Assembly (NCBI RefSeq): GCF_000014785.1
Contig: NC_008340.1
Coordinates: forward strand, 1,770,001-1,802,000
Length of the DNA stretch: 32,000 nt
Direction of reading: 5' to 3'
From: Alkalilimnicola ehrlichii MLHE-1
GTDB taxonomy: Bacteria > Pseudomonadota > Gammaproteobacteria > Nitrococcales > Halorhodospiraceae
Shown: in pieces, positions 16,644 through 25,699 of the stretch
Layout of the letters: every line of letters begins with the position of its first letter
Numbering within the stretch: the first letter of the stretch is position 1
Notes under the pieces: generated by a model
Databases searched by the model: none
What the model was told of the DNA's origin: nothing
Seen by the model: only the letters and a program-made list of their open reading frames with translations
Position numbers and translations under genes: made by a program

Positions 16644-16690
16644 TTCCCGCAGCGTGACCGCCGTTCATGCACCGCATTCCACCATTGGTG
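16644..16690 (+). promoter_or_regulatory. Three TTnnnG hexamers at 20/21-bp spacing plus the CACCA-T-TGGTG palindrome, upstream of coxM
   Basis: ttcccg at 16644, ttcatg at 16664, ttggtg at 16685. An 11-bp palindrome lies at 16680..16690. This is consistent with the triple direct-repeat architecture reported for RcoM sites, as I recall it. The motif is very degenerate. Confidence 0.3.
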
Positions 16691-16834
16691 AATTGGCGGT
16701 TGTTGCCGCCCGTGGGCTGACCTCTACTTGAAGGGTAAGAGAGGCGGATTGTCGCATCCGACAACCCCTCCCAGGAGGAGAACGGGACCCGGCCCGACCG
16801 GGCCCGGACAACAACACCCGCAGAGGTGAACACC

Positions 16835-17704
16835 ATGATACCCGGCAACTTCGAGTACCACGCCGCCCGCGGCGTGGATGAGGCGCTGCAACTGCTCTCC
16901 CGGTACGGCGAGGACGGCAAGCTGCTGGCCGGCGGCCACAGCCTGCTGCCGATGATGAAGCTGCGCTTCGCGGAACCGGCCCACCTGATCGACCTCAACC
17001 CCATTGAGGAGCTGCGCGGGGTGCGCGAGGACGGCGATCATCTGCTCATCGGCACCATGACGACGGAGTCGGCCCTGCAGCAATCGGACCTGGTCGCCCG
17101 CCACTGCCCGGTCCTGCCGGAGGTGGTGGCGCTGATCGCCGACCCCCAGGTGCGAAACCGGGGCACCATCGGCGGCGACGCCCTGCTCGGCGACCCGGGC
17201 AACGACCACCCGGCCGTACTGATGGCGTTGGAGGCGGAGTTCGTCATCCGCGGGCCCAAGGGCGAGCGGCGGGAACCGGCCAACGGCTTCTACCTGGGCC
17301 CCTACCTGACCCGGCTGGCCGACGACGAGCTGGCCACCGCAATCCGCATCCCCAAGTGCCCGCCCGGCCAGGGCTACGCCTATTGCAAGCTCAAACGCAA
17401 GACCGGCGACTACGCCACCGCGGCCGCCTGCTGCCTGCTCAGCCTCGCCGGCGGGACGGTGGAGAAGGCGCGCCTGAGCCTCACCAACGTGGGCCCCACC
17501 GCCCTGCGCGCGGAGGACGCCGAGGACCTGCTCCAGGGCCAGACCCTGGACGACGGGCGGATCGAACAGGCCGCCCAGGCGGCCATGAGCATCTGCGAGC
17601 CCGCGGAGGACCTGCGCGGCAGTCCCGAATACAAGACCCACATCGCCGGCGAGATGACCCGCCGCGCCCTCCGCCTGGCGCTGCAACGCGCCCGCGGCCA
17701 GTAA
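16835..17704 (+). CDS. coxM: Aerobic CO dehydrogenase medium (FAD-binding) subunit
   Basis: MIPGNFEYHAARGVDEALQLL....KLLAGGHSLLPMMKLR...RNRGTIGGD... is the CoxM / molybdenum-hydroxylase FAD-subunit pattern. ATG 16835 has AGAGGTG 6 nt upstream. Confidence 0.9.
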   Translation: MIPGNFEYHAARGVDEALQLLSRYGEDGKLLAGGHSLLPMMKLRFAEPAHLIDLNPIEELRGVREDGDHLLIGTMTTESALQQSDLVARHCPVLPEVVALIADPQVRNRGTIGGDALLGDPGNDHPAVLMALEAEFVIRGPKGERREPANGFYLGPYLTRLADDELATAIRIPKCPPGQGYAYCKLKRKTGDYATAAACCLLSLAGGTVEKARLSLTNVGPTALRAEDAEDLLQGQTLDDGRIEQAAQAAMSICEPAEDLRGSPEYKTHIAGEMTRRALRLALQRARGQ

Positions 17705-17716
17705 GGGAGACCGATC

Positions 17717-18214
17717 ATGGCGAAACACGCGATCACCCTGCACATCAACGGCCAGGCCCACGACGTGGCCGTGGACGCCCGGGAGCTGCTGATCCACACC
17801 CTGCGCGAGCGGCTGCGCCTGACCGGCGCCCACATCGGCTGCGAGACCTCGCACTGCGGCGCCTGCACCGTGGACATGGACGGCGTCTCGCTGAAGGCCT
17901 GCACCCTACTCTCGGTCCAGTGCGACGGTGCCGAGATCACCACCGTGGAGGGCCTCGCCGGCGCCGACGGCCTGCACGCCGTGCAGGAGGGGTTCATGCA
18001 GGAGCACGGCCTGCAGTGCGGTTTCTGCACCCCGGGGATGCTGATGCGGGCCTACCGCTTCCTGCAGGAGAACCCCGATCCGACGGAGGAGGAGATCCGC
18101 TACGGCATGGCCGGCAACCTCTGCCGCTGCACCGGGTACAACAACATCGTCAAGGCCGTTCAGTACGCCGCCCGCAAGCTGCAGGAACAGGCCGACCCCA
18201 AGCAGCCGGCCTGA
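17717..18214 (+). CDS. coxS: Aerobic CO dehydrogenase small ([2Fe-2S]x2) subunit
   Basis: [11 protein letters not shown]...C plus CGFCTPGM...CRCTGY are the two canonical cluster motifs. Confidence 0.93.
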   Translation: MAKHAITLHINGQAHDVAVDARELLIHTLRERLRLTGAHIGCETSHCGACTVDMDGVSLKACTLLSVQCDGAEITTVEGLAGADGLHAVQEGFMQEHGLQCGFCTPGMLMRAYRFLQENPDPTEEEIRYGMAGNLCRCTGYNNIVKAVQYAARKLQEQADPKQPA

Positions 18215-18274
18215 GCCCGGCCAGGGCCGACCGCAACGAACGGCGCACCGTTTTCAGGATCAGGAGTTGAGATC

Positions 18275-21200
18275 ATGGCGACCCCCGCAGAGGAACTGGA
18301 CCGCAACGAAAAGCTGGGCGGCATCGGCTGTTCCCGCAAGCGCAAGGAGGACCCGCGCTTCATCCAGGGTAAGGGCCATTACGTGGACGACATTCAACTG
18401 CCGGGCATGGTGTTCGGCGACTTCGTCCGCAGCCCCCACGCCCACGCCCGCATCAAGGCCATCCACAAGGACAAGGCCCTGGCCCACCCCGGTGTCCACG
18501 CCGTGCTCACCGCCGAGGACCTGGCCCCGCTGAACCTGCATTGGATGCCGACCCTGGCCGGCGACAAACAGATGGTGCTGGCCGACGGCAAGGTCTGCTT
18601 CCAGAACCAGGAAGTGGCCATGGTCATCGCCGACGACCGCTACATCGCCGCCGATGCCCTGGAGCTGGTGGAGGTGGAATACGAGCCGCTGGAGCCGCTG
18701 GTGGACCCGCACCGGGCCATGGACGATGAGGCCCCGGTGATCCGCGAGGACCTGGCGGGCCAGAGCGAGGGTGCGCACAGCAAGCGCGTGCACCACAACC
18801 ACATCTTCACCTGGGACGTGGGCGACAAGGCCGCCACCGACAAGCTCTTCGACGAGGCCGAGGTCACCGTCAGCGAGAAGATGCTCTACCAGCGGGTGCA
18901 CCCCTGCCCACTGGAGACCTGCGGCTGTGTCGCCGATTTCGACAAGGTGAAGGGCGAGCTGACCGTCAACCTCACCTCCCAGGCGCCCCACGTGGTGCGC
19001 ACCGTCTTTTCCATGCTCTCCGGCATTCCCGAGAGCAAGGTGCACATCAACGCCCCGGACATCGGCGGCGGTTTCGGCAACAAGGTGGGCGTCTACCCCG
19101 GCTACGTGGTGGCGACCGTGGCCTCCATCGTGCTCGGCCGGCCGGTGAAGTGGATCGAGGACCGCATCGAGAACCTCTCCACCACCGCCTTCGCCCGCGA
19201 CTACCACATGACCGGCGAACTGGCCGCCACCCGGGACGGCAAGATCCTGGGCCTGCGCGCCCACGTGCTCGCCGATCACGGCGCCTTCGACGCCTGCGCC
19301 GACCCCAGCAAGTGGCCCGCCGGCTTTTTCAACATCTGCACCGGCAGCTATGACATCAAGACCGCTTACGCCCGGGTGGACGGGGTTTACACCAACAAGG
19401 CCCCGGGCGGGGTGGCCTACCGCTGCTCCTTCCGGGTCACCGAGGCCTGTTACCTGATCGAGCGCATGATCGACGTGCTGGCCCAGAAGCTCGACATGGA
19501 CAAGGCGGAGATCCGGTTCAAAAACTTCATCCAGCCCGAGCAGTTCCCCTACCCCTCGGCGCTCGGCTGGGAGTACGACAGCGGTGACTACCCGCGCGCC
19601 CTGCAGCAGGTGCTGGACGCCTGCGACTATCCGGCCCTGCGGCGTGAGCAGAAGGAGCGGCGCGAGCGCGGCGAGATCATGGGCATCGGCCTGTGCACCT
19701 TTACCGAGATCGTCGGCGCCGGCCCGGGCCGCAAGTGCGATATCCTCGGCGTGGGCATGTTCGACAGCGCCGAGATCCGGGTCCACCCCACCGGCAGCGT
19801 GATCGCCCGCATGGGCACCAAGACCCAGGGTCAGGGCCACGAGACCACCTACGCCCAGATTATCGCCACCGAGCTGGGCCTGAACTCCGAGGACATCCAG
19901 ATCGAGGAGGGCAACACCGACACCGCCCCCTACGGCCTGGGCACCTACGGTTCGCGCAGCACGCCGGTGGGCGGCGCCGCTACCGCCCGCGCCGCGCGCA
20001 AGATCCGCGACAAGGCGAGAAAGATCGCCGCCCACCTGATGGAGGTCAGCGACGAGGACCTGGAGTGGACCGGCGAGGGCTTCCGCGTCAAGGGCGTGCC
20101 CGACCAGACCAAAGGCATACAGGAGATCGCCTGGGCCGCCTACAACAACACCCCGGAGGGGATGGAGCCGGGGCTGGAGGCGGTGGAGTACTACGATCCG
20201 CCCAACATGACCTATCCCTTCGGCGCCTACCTCTGCGTGGTGGACATCGACCGCTACACCGGCGAGACCCGGGTCCGGCGCTTCTACGCCCTGGACGACT
20301 GTGGCACCCGCATCAACCCGATGGTGATCGAGGGCCAGGTCCACGGCGGACTCACCGAGGCCTACGGCGTCGCCCTGGGCCAGGAACTGCCCTACGACGG
20401 CGCCGGCAACATCCAGGGGGCCTCGCTGATGGATTACTTCCTGCCCACCATGGTGGAGAGCCCGCACTGGGAGACCGACCATACCGTCACCCCCTCGCCC
20501 CACCACCCCATCGGGGCCAAGGGCGTGGGCGAGTCCTCCCACGTGGGGGGCATCCCCTGCATCTCCAACGCCGTCAATGACGCTCTGTCCCCGTTCGGCG
20601 TCACCCACGTGGACATGCCCCACAACGCCTACCGCGTCTGGCAGACACTGCACGCGTTGAAGCTGGACCGCCACCCGGAGGCCGACACCGTCGCACCCTT
20701 CCAGCCGAAGGCCCGCCGGCCCAAGGCCGCGGCGACGGAACGGCCGGCGGAGGCGCCCGCCGGGAAAGCGGCCGGCGCCAAGGGCATGGAGGTTCGGCTG
20801 GAGCGGGACTACGGCCTGGATGTCCCCGCCGACCCGGCCTGGACGCTGATGCAGGACATCCGCGAGGTGGCCGCCTGCATGCCCGGTGCCTCCATCGTCG
20901 AGCAGACCGGCGAGCGCACCTATCTGGGCGAGATGCGCCTCAAGGTGGGCCCGATCACCTCGGCCTTCAAGGGCGATATCGAGGTGCTGGACCTGGACCC
21001 GACACGCCAGACCCTGCGCCTGCGCGGTGAGGGCGGCGACACCAAGGGCAGCTCCAGTGCCCGCATGACGCTGCAGGCGCGCATCGTCCCGGAGACGGAG
21101 GCACAGTGCCGGCTGGAGGGGGTCTGCACCATCGAGCTGACCGGAAAGCTGGCCAGTTTCGGTGGGCGGATGCTGGAGAACATCTCCGACCGGTTGCTCT

Positions 21201-21358
21201 CCCAGTTCGTCGCCAACTTCGAGAACCGGGTGGCCGCCGGCGGCGAGGGCAGCAAGGCGGAGGCCGCCCGCGAGCGGGTGGCCAGCGGGCCCAAGGAGCT
21301 GAGCGCCCTGGCCCTGCTCTGGCAGATGATCAAGAGCTGGTTCGGGGGCCGGCGCTGA
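18275..21358 (+). CDS. coxL: Form-I aerobic CO dehydrogenase large (Mo-Cu) subunit fused in frame to a CoxG-like SRPBCC domain
   Basis: The 1027-aa ORF has no internal stop. The form-I active-site loop VAYRCSFR is at 19412..19435. The CoxL body runs to about 20680 (...DMPHNAYRVWQTLHAL). An Ala/Pro/Lys linker follows. From the in-frame ATG at 20786 there is a CoxG-family domain (MEVRLERDY...LKVGPITSAFKGDIEVLDLDP...RLRGEGGDTKGSSSA...). Confidence 0.9.
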   Translation: MATPAEELDRNEKLGGIGCSRKRKEDPRFIQGKGHYVDDIQLPGMVFGDFVRSPHAHARIKAIHKDKALAHPGVHAVLTAEDLAPLNLHWMPTLAGDKQMVLADGKVCFQNQEVAMVIADDRYIAADALELVEVEYEPLEPLVDPHRAMDDEAPVIREDLAGQSEGAHSKRVHHNHIFTWDVGDKAATDKLFDEAEVTVSEKMLYQRVHPCPLETCGCVADFDKVKGELTVNLTSQAPHVVRTVFSMLSGIPESKVHINAPDIGGGFGNKVGVYPGYVVATVASIVLGRPVKWIEDRIENLSTTAFARDYHMTGELAATRDGKILGLRAHVLADHGAFDACADPSKWPAGFFNICTGSYDIKTAYARVDGVYTNKAPGGVAYRCSFRVTEACYLIERMIDVLAQKLDMDKAEIRFKNFIQPEQFPYPSALGWEYDSGDYPRALQQVLDACDYPALRREQKERRERGEIMGIGLCTFTEIVGAGPGRKCDILGVGMFDSAEIRVHPTGSVIARMGTKTQGQGHETTYAQIIATELGLNSEDIQIEEGNTDTAPYGLGTYGSRSTPVGGAATARAARKIRDKARKIAAHLMEVSDEDLEWTGEGFRVKGVPDQTKGIQEIAWAAYNNTPEGMEPGLEAVEYYDPPNMTYPFGAYLCVVDIDRYTGETRVRRFYALDDCGTRINPMVIEGQVHGGLTEAYGVALGQELPYDGAGNIQGASLMDYFLPTMVESPHWETDHTVTPSPHHPIGAKGVGESSHVGGIPCISNAVNDALSPFGVTHVDMPHNAYRVWQTLHALKLDRHPEADTVAPFQPKARRPKAAATERPAEAPAGKAAGAKGMEVRLERDYGLDVPADPAWTLMQDIREVAACMPGASIVEQTGERTYLGEMRLKVGPITSAFKGDIEVLDLDPTRQTLRLRGEGGDTKGSSSARMTLQARIVPETEAQCRLEGVCTIELTGKLASFGGRMLENISDRLLSQFVANFENRVAAGGEGSKAEAARERVASGPKELSALALLWQMIKSWFGGRR

Positions 21359-21360
21359 CC

Positions 21361-22242
21361 ATGCTCTCCGCGCAGCGCTACCGGGACGCCCTGGCCGGTG
21401 CCGGCTACATCGCCGACTCCGGCCTCGCCGCCACCCTCAGCCTGGCCGACCGCCTGGGCCGGCCGCTGCTGCTCGAGGGCGAGGCCGGGGTGGGCAAGAC
21501 CGAGGTGGCCAAGGCCCTGGCCCAGGTGCACCGCTGCCGGCTCATCCGCCTGCAGTGCTACGAGGGCCTGGATGCCCAATCGGCCGTCTACGAGTGGGAC
21601 TACCAGCGCCAGCTCCTGGCCATCCGGCTGCTGGAGGCGGAGGGCCGCGCCGGCGAGGAGGCGGAACAGGCCATCTTCTCCGAGCGCTACCTGTTGCGCC
21701 GCCCGCTGCTGGAGGCCATCAGCCAACCCGAGCCACCGGTATTGCTGGTGGACGAGATCGACCGCGCCGACGAGGAGTTCGAGGCCTATCTGCTGGAGGT
21801 GCTCGCCGAGTTCCAGGTCACGGTGCCGGAACTGGGCACCCTGAGCGCCAATACCCGGCCCCGGGTGGTGCTCACCTCCAACGCCACCCGCGAGCTCTCC
21901 GACGCCTTGCGCCGGCGCTGCCTTTATCACTATCTCGACTTCCCGGACGCGGCCCGCGAGATCGCCATCGTCCATGCCCGGGTGCCGGACCTGCCCGAGG
22001 CGCTGGCCCGGCAGGCGGTGGCCTTCGTCCACCGGCTGCGCCGTGAGGGCCTGCGCAAATCCCCCGGGGTGGCCGAGACCCTGGACTGGGCCGCCGCCCT
22101 GGCCGGCCTGGGGGTGGAGCAGTTGGACCGGGAGCCGGAGGCGGTGCTGGAAACCCTGGCCTGCCTGATCAAGACCCGGCAGGACCGGGACGCCCTGACC
22201 CCGGAGCGGCTTCAGGCGCTGGCCGCCGGAGGCGCCGGATGA
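21361..22242 (+). CDS. coxD: CoxD-type MoxR AAA+ ATPase (CODH active-site maturation)
   Basis: Walker A LLEGEAGVGKTEVAKA, Walker B VLLVDEIDRADEE, and a MoxR-like C-terminal part. Starts 2 nt after the coxL stop. Confidence 0.88.
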   Translation: MLSAQRYRDALAGAGYIADSGLAATLSLADRLGRPLLLEGEAGVGKTEVAKALAQVHRCRLIRLQCYEGLDAQSAVYEWDYQRQLLAIRLLEAEGRAGEEAEQAIFSERYLLRRPLLEAISQPEPPVLLVDEIDRADEEFEAYLLEVLAEFQVTVPELGTLSANTRPRVVLTSNATRELSDALRRRCLYHYLDFPDAAREIAIVHARVPDLPEALARQAVAFVHRLRREGLRKSPGVAETLDWAAALAGLGVEQLDREPEAVLETLACLIKTRQDRDALTPERLQALAAGGAG

Positions 22243-23372
22243 CCCTGCCCGCCGCCGAGCAGCTCCTCGCCTTCACCCGCGCCCTGCGCGCCCGCGGTTG
22301 GCCCATCGGCCTGCAGGAACAGCAGGATGTGCTGCGGGTTGCCGAGCAGACCGGGCTGGAGGACCCGCGGCGACTGGCGCGGGCCCTGCGCCCGCTGTGC
22401 TGCGGAACCCGGGAGCAGTGGCACGGCTTCGAGGCCCTGTTCGAGCAGTGGTGGCGGCCCCGGCGCGGGGTGCGGAGCCGCGCCCTGGGCCCGGGTGGCG
22501 GGCTGCACCCTGCGCCGGGCCGGGCCGGCGTAGAGGAGGCCGCCCCGCAGCCGGACCGCCCCGCCGCGGGTGACGCCGGGGATGCCGATCCCGCCGGCGC
22601 CCGTGCCGGGGCCAGCCCGCAGGCGGGGCTGGGCCGCACCGACTTCCGGCACCTTTGCGACCCGGAGGAGTCCCGCGCCCTGGACGCCCTGATGGACCGC
22701 ATGGCGCGGCGCTGGCAGCGCCGCGTCCGGCGCCGCTGGCGGGCCCTGCAGAAGGGCCGGCGGCTGGCGCCGCGGGCCACCCTGCGCCGCAGCCTGGCGC
22801 GGGGCGGAGTGCCCTTTGATCCGGTCTGGCGGCGACCGCGTCGGCAACCCCCGCGGCTGATCCTGCTGGTGGACGCCAGCCGCTCCATGAACCTGTACAG
22901 CTACCGGTTCCTGCGCTTCGCCGGCAGTGCCCTGCAGGCCTTCCCGCGCAGCGAGGCCTTTATCTTTCACACCGAACTGGTCCGCATCACCGACGCCCTG
23001 CAGGAGGCCCGTCCGGAGCGGCTGCGGGAGAAGCTGGCCCTGCTCTCCACCGGCTGGTCCGGCGGCACCCGCATCGGCGCCTGCCTGGCGCGCTTCAACC
23101 GCCAGTACGGTGAGGGGGTACGCCGGCGCAGCGTGGTGCTGATCTTCAGCGACGGTCTGGACACCGGCGACCCGGAGACCCTCACCCGGGCCCTGGCCGA
23201 ACTGCGCGGCCGCGCCGGACGCCTGCTCTGGCTCAACCCACTGATGGGGCGCAGTGGCTATGCCCCGGAGGCGCGGGGGATGCGCAGCGCCCTGCCCTAC
23301 CTGGACCGGCTGGCACCGGCCCACACCCTGGACAGCCTGCTGGCCCTGGAACAGGAACTGATCCGCCTCTAG
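22239..23372 (+). CDS. coxE: CoxE-type von Willebrand factor A domain protein
   Basis: A VWA core with a MIDAS-like LLVDASRSM...SGGTRIG...VLIFSDGLDTG, plus the CoxE-like C-terminus LWLNPL. ATGA overlap with coxD. Confidence 0.85.
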   Translation: MTLPAAEQLLAFTRALRARGWPIGLQEQQDVLRVAEQTGLEDPRRLARALRPLCCGTREQWHGFEALFEQWWRPRRGVRSRALGPGGGLHPAPGRAGVEEAAPQPDRPAAGDAGDADPAGARAGASPQAGLGRTDFRHLCDPEESRALDALMDRMARRWQRRVRRRWRALQKGRRLAPRATLRRSLARGGVPFDPVWRRPRRQPPRLILLVDASRSMNLYSYRFLRFAGSALQAFPRSEAFIFHTELVRITDALQEARPERLREKLALLSTGWSGGTRIGACLARFNRQYGEGVRRRSVVLIFSDGLDTGDPETLTRALAELRGRAGRLLWLNPLMGRSGYAPEARGMRSALPYLDRLAPAHTLDSLLALEQELIRL

Positions 23373-23390
23373 CGCGGGGGAGCCCGTCCG

Positions 23391-24284
23391 ATGGAACACA
23401 ACAGCGCCGTACTCCGGAAACTGCAGCAACTGACCGCGGCCGGCACCCCCTGCGCGCTGGTCACTGTGGTGCGCGCCGTCTCGCCCACCTCGGCCAAGCC
23501 GGGGGAGAAGGCGGTGGTCACCGCGGAGGGCGCCATCCACGGCTGGATCGGTGGCGGTTGCGCCCAACCGGCGGTGTTGGGCACCGTCCGCGAGGCCCTG
23601 GCGGACGGTGCCGCGCGGTTAATCCGGATCTCACCCGGGAAGGGCGATCAACCGCAAGTGGCGGGCATCACCGATTTCAATATGGCCTGCCACAGTGGCG
23701 GCACCCTGGATATCTTCATCGACCCCCTGCTGCCCAGCCCCGTGGTCAATCTCTACGGCAGTGCCCCGGTGGCGCGTCACCTGGCCGCCCTGGCCGCCCG
23801 CATGGACCTGCGGGTGCAGGTACTGGCCCCCGGGACCACGCTCGCCGACTTCCCCGAGGCCGCCGCCCACCACAACGCCTTCCCCACCCCGGAGGACTGG
23901 CCCGCGCCACAATGGGCGGTGGTGGCCACCCAGGGCCGCGGCGACCGCCCCGCGCTGGAGGCCGCCCTGCAGACAGCGGCCGACCCGGTGGCCTTTATCG
24001 CCAGCCCCCGTAAGCGGGACAAGCTCCGGGACGAATTGCGCGGGCGCGGCGTCTGTCCCAGCCGGCTGCAATGCATCCGGACCCCGGCCGGCGTCCCCAT
24101 CGGGGCCCGTACCCCGGCCGAGATCGCCCTGTCGGTGGTGGCACAACTGGTGCAGTGGCGGCGCGGCGCGGACAGCACCCCGGCCGCGAAGGCCGGGGCC
24201 GAGGACAGCGGGGTGGCAACGGAGCCGGAAGCGGCCCCGGCCGCCCGTCCGGAGACCCCAAGCTGCTGTGGAGGTGGTGTATGA
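23391..24284 (+). CDS. XdhC/CoxI-family Mo-cofactor insertion/maturation chaperone (copy 1), with Ala/Pro-rich tail ending PSCCGGGV
   Basis: N-terminal XdhC_CoxI pattern (ALVTVVRAVSPTSAKPGEKAVV...GWIGGGCAQPAV). The C-terminal Rossmann-like part has VVATQGRGDRPALEAAL and FIASPRKR. Confidence 0.8.
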   Translation: MEHNSAVLRKLQQLTAAGTPCALVTVVRAVSPTSAKPGEKAVVTAEGAIHGWIGGGCAQPAVLGTVREALADGAARLIRISPGKGDQPQVAGITDFNMACHSGGTLDIFIDPLLPSPVVNLYGSAPVARHLAALAARMDLRVQVLAPGTTLADFPEAAAHHNAFPTPEDWPAPQWAVVATQGRGDRPALEAALQTAADPVAFIASPRKRDKLRDELRGRGVCPSRLQCIRTPAGVPIGARTPAEIALSVVAQLVQWRRGADSTPAAKAGAEDSGVATEPEAAPAARPETPSCCGGGV

Positions 24285-24883
24285 GCCCGTACATGGCCGC
24301 GGTCTTGCTGGCCGCCGGCGAGTCCCGCCGGATGGGCCCGGTCAACAAGCTCCTGCTGGAGGTGGACGGTGAGCCGCTGGTGCGGCGGACCGCCCGGGTC
24401 CTGCTGGAGGGGGGCGTGGGGGACCTGCTGGTGGTGCTGGGCCATGAGGCGCCGCGGCTGCAGCCCCTGCTCAGCGACCTGCCCCTGCGGACCGGACTCA
24501 ACCCCCGCTACCCCGAGGGGCAGATGAGCTCCGTCCATTGCGGTCTGAGCGCCTTGGGCGGCCGGCCGGAGGGCATCCTGATCGCGCTGGCCGACCAGCC
24601 CACCCTGCAGCCCCGGGATGTGGCCCGGCTTATTCGCTGTTACCGGGAACGGGGGCACCACACCATCGTCGTGCCCACCCACCGGGGCCAGCGGGGCAAC
24701 CCCATTGCCCTGGACCCCGGGCAGCGGGAGGCGATCCTGCGGGGCGGGCGCAACCTGGGCTGTCGCCGGCTCATCGAACGCTGCCCCGAGCGGGTGAAGG
24801 CGGTGGAGATGGCCAGCCCCAACTACGTGATCGACCTGGACACCCCGGAGGACCGGGACTTCTTGCAGGAGGCGGTGTCATGA
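24281..24883 (+). CDS. mocA: MobA/MocA-family nucleotidyltransferase, likely molybdenum cofactor cytidylyltransferase
   Basis: AAVLLAAGESRRMGPVNKLLLEVDGEPLV...LVVLGH...ALADQP pattern. ATGA overlaps at both ends (24281..24284 and 24880..24883). Aerobic CODH uses the cytosine dinucleotide form of Moco. Confidence 0.78.
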   Translation: MSPYMAAVLLAAGESRRMGPVNKLLLEVDGEPLVRRTARVLLEGGVGDLLVVLGHEAPRLQPLLSDLPLRTGLNPRYPEGQMSSVHCGLSALGGRPEGILIALADQPTLQPRDVARLIRCYRERGHHTIVVPTHRGQRGNPIALDPGQREAILRGGRNLGCRRLIERCPERVKAVEMASPNYVIDLDTPEDRDFLQEAVS

Positions 24884-25695
24884 GTGGGCGCGAGGTGCTC
24901 GATGTACTGGTGGAGCTGCGCGACCAGGGGGCGCCCCATGCGCTCGCCACGGTGGTGGAGGTGGAGGGCTCGGTCTCAGCGGAGACGGGTGCCAAGGCCG
25001 TCTTCGACGGGGAGGGCCGCCTGCTCGCCGGTTGGGTGGGTGGCGGTTGCGCCGACGCGGCCACCGCCCAGGCAGCGCGTCGAAGTCTGGAGGGCGGGCG
25101 GGGCGAGCTGATCCTGGTGGATATGGATGACGAGATCCTGGGCACCGGCGTGCCCTGCGGCGGACGCATGCGGGTTTGGGTGGAACCGGTGCTGCCCCGC
25201 CCCACGCTCTGGCTGCTGGGCGCGGGCCGGCTCACCGAGACCCTTTCCCGGATGGCCGCTGCCACCGGTCTGCGCGTCGTGGTCAATGACCCGCGGGCCA
25301 GCCGCGAACGCTTCCCGGAGGCGAGCGCCATCCACGCGGACGACCTGGACTACGCCGCCCTATGCCCCGACCCCGGTGACTTCGTGGTGGTGGCCACCCA
25401 GCACAAGGGCGATCACCACGCCATTGCCCGCGCCCTGGCCTGCGGCGCCGGCTATATCGCCCTGGTGGCCAGCCGCAAGCGCGCCGCCCTGGTCCTGCAG
25501 GGACTGCGCGAGGACGACCACGATCAGCAGCGGTTGAGCGCGGTGGTGGCGCCGGCCGGGCTGGATCTGGGCGGGCGGGAGCCGGAGGAGATCGCGCTCG
25601 CCATCCTGGCCGAGATCGTCATGCTGCGGCGCAACGGCAGCGGCCGACGCCTGCGCGACATCAAACCCCTGCCGACGCCGACCCCCGAGGTGTAA
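24880..25695 (+). CDS. XdhC/CoxI-family chaperone (copy 2)
   Basis: ALATVVEVEGSVSAETGAKAVF...GWVGGGCADAA...VPCGGRMRVWVEP...LLGAGRL...VVATQHKGDHHAIARAL...ALVASRKR. Confidence 0.8.
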   Translation: MSGREVLDVLVELRDQGAPHALATVVEVEGSVSAETGAKAVFDGEGRLLAGWVGGGCADAATAQAARRSLEGGRGELILVDMDDEILGTGVPCGGRMRVWVEPVLPRPTLWLLGAGRLTETLSRMAAATGLRVVVNDPRASRERFPEASAIHADDLDYAALCPDPGDFVVVATQHKGDHHAIARALACGAGYIALVASRKRAALVLQGLREDDHDQQRLSAVVAPAGLDLGGREPEEIALAILAEIVMLRRNGSGRRLRDIKPLPTPTPEV

Positions 25696-25699
25696 GCCC

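Noticed and set aside
16693-16708. Sigma-54-like TTGGCG-N-TTGCC upstream of coxM (also TGGCAC at about 3281 upstream of mogA)
   Set aside because: The GG-to-GC spacing is 10 nt (and 15 nt for the mogA case) instead of the 12 nt required by TGGCAC-N5-TTGCW.
18260-20674. 804-aa minus-strand ORF antisense to coxL
   Set aside because: The composition is dominated by G/A/V/H/D/L repeats with no recognisable motifs. It exactly shadows a gene with unmistakable CoxL homology. Long antisense ORFs are expected in GC-rich DNA.
20920-24682. Minus-strand ORFs 20920..22032, 22212..23567 and 23777..24682
   Set aside because: They are antisense to coxG-domain/coxD, coxE and xdhC/mocA, which all have clear family motifs and operon-style start/stop coupling on the plus strand.
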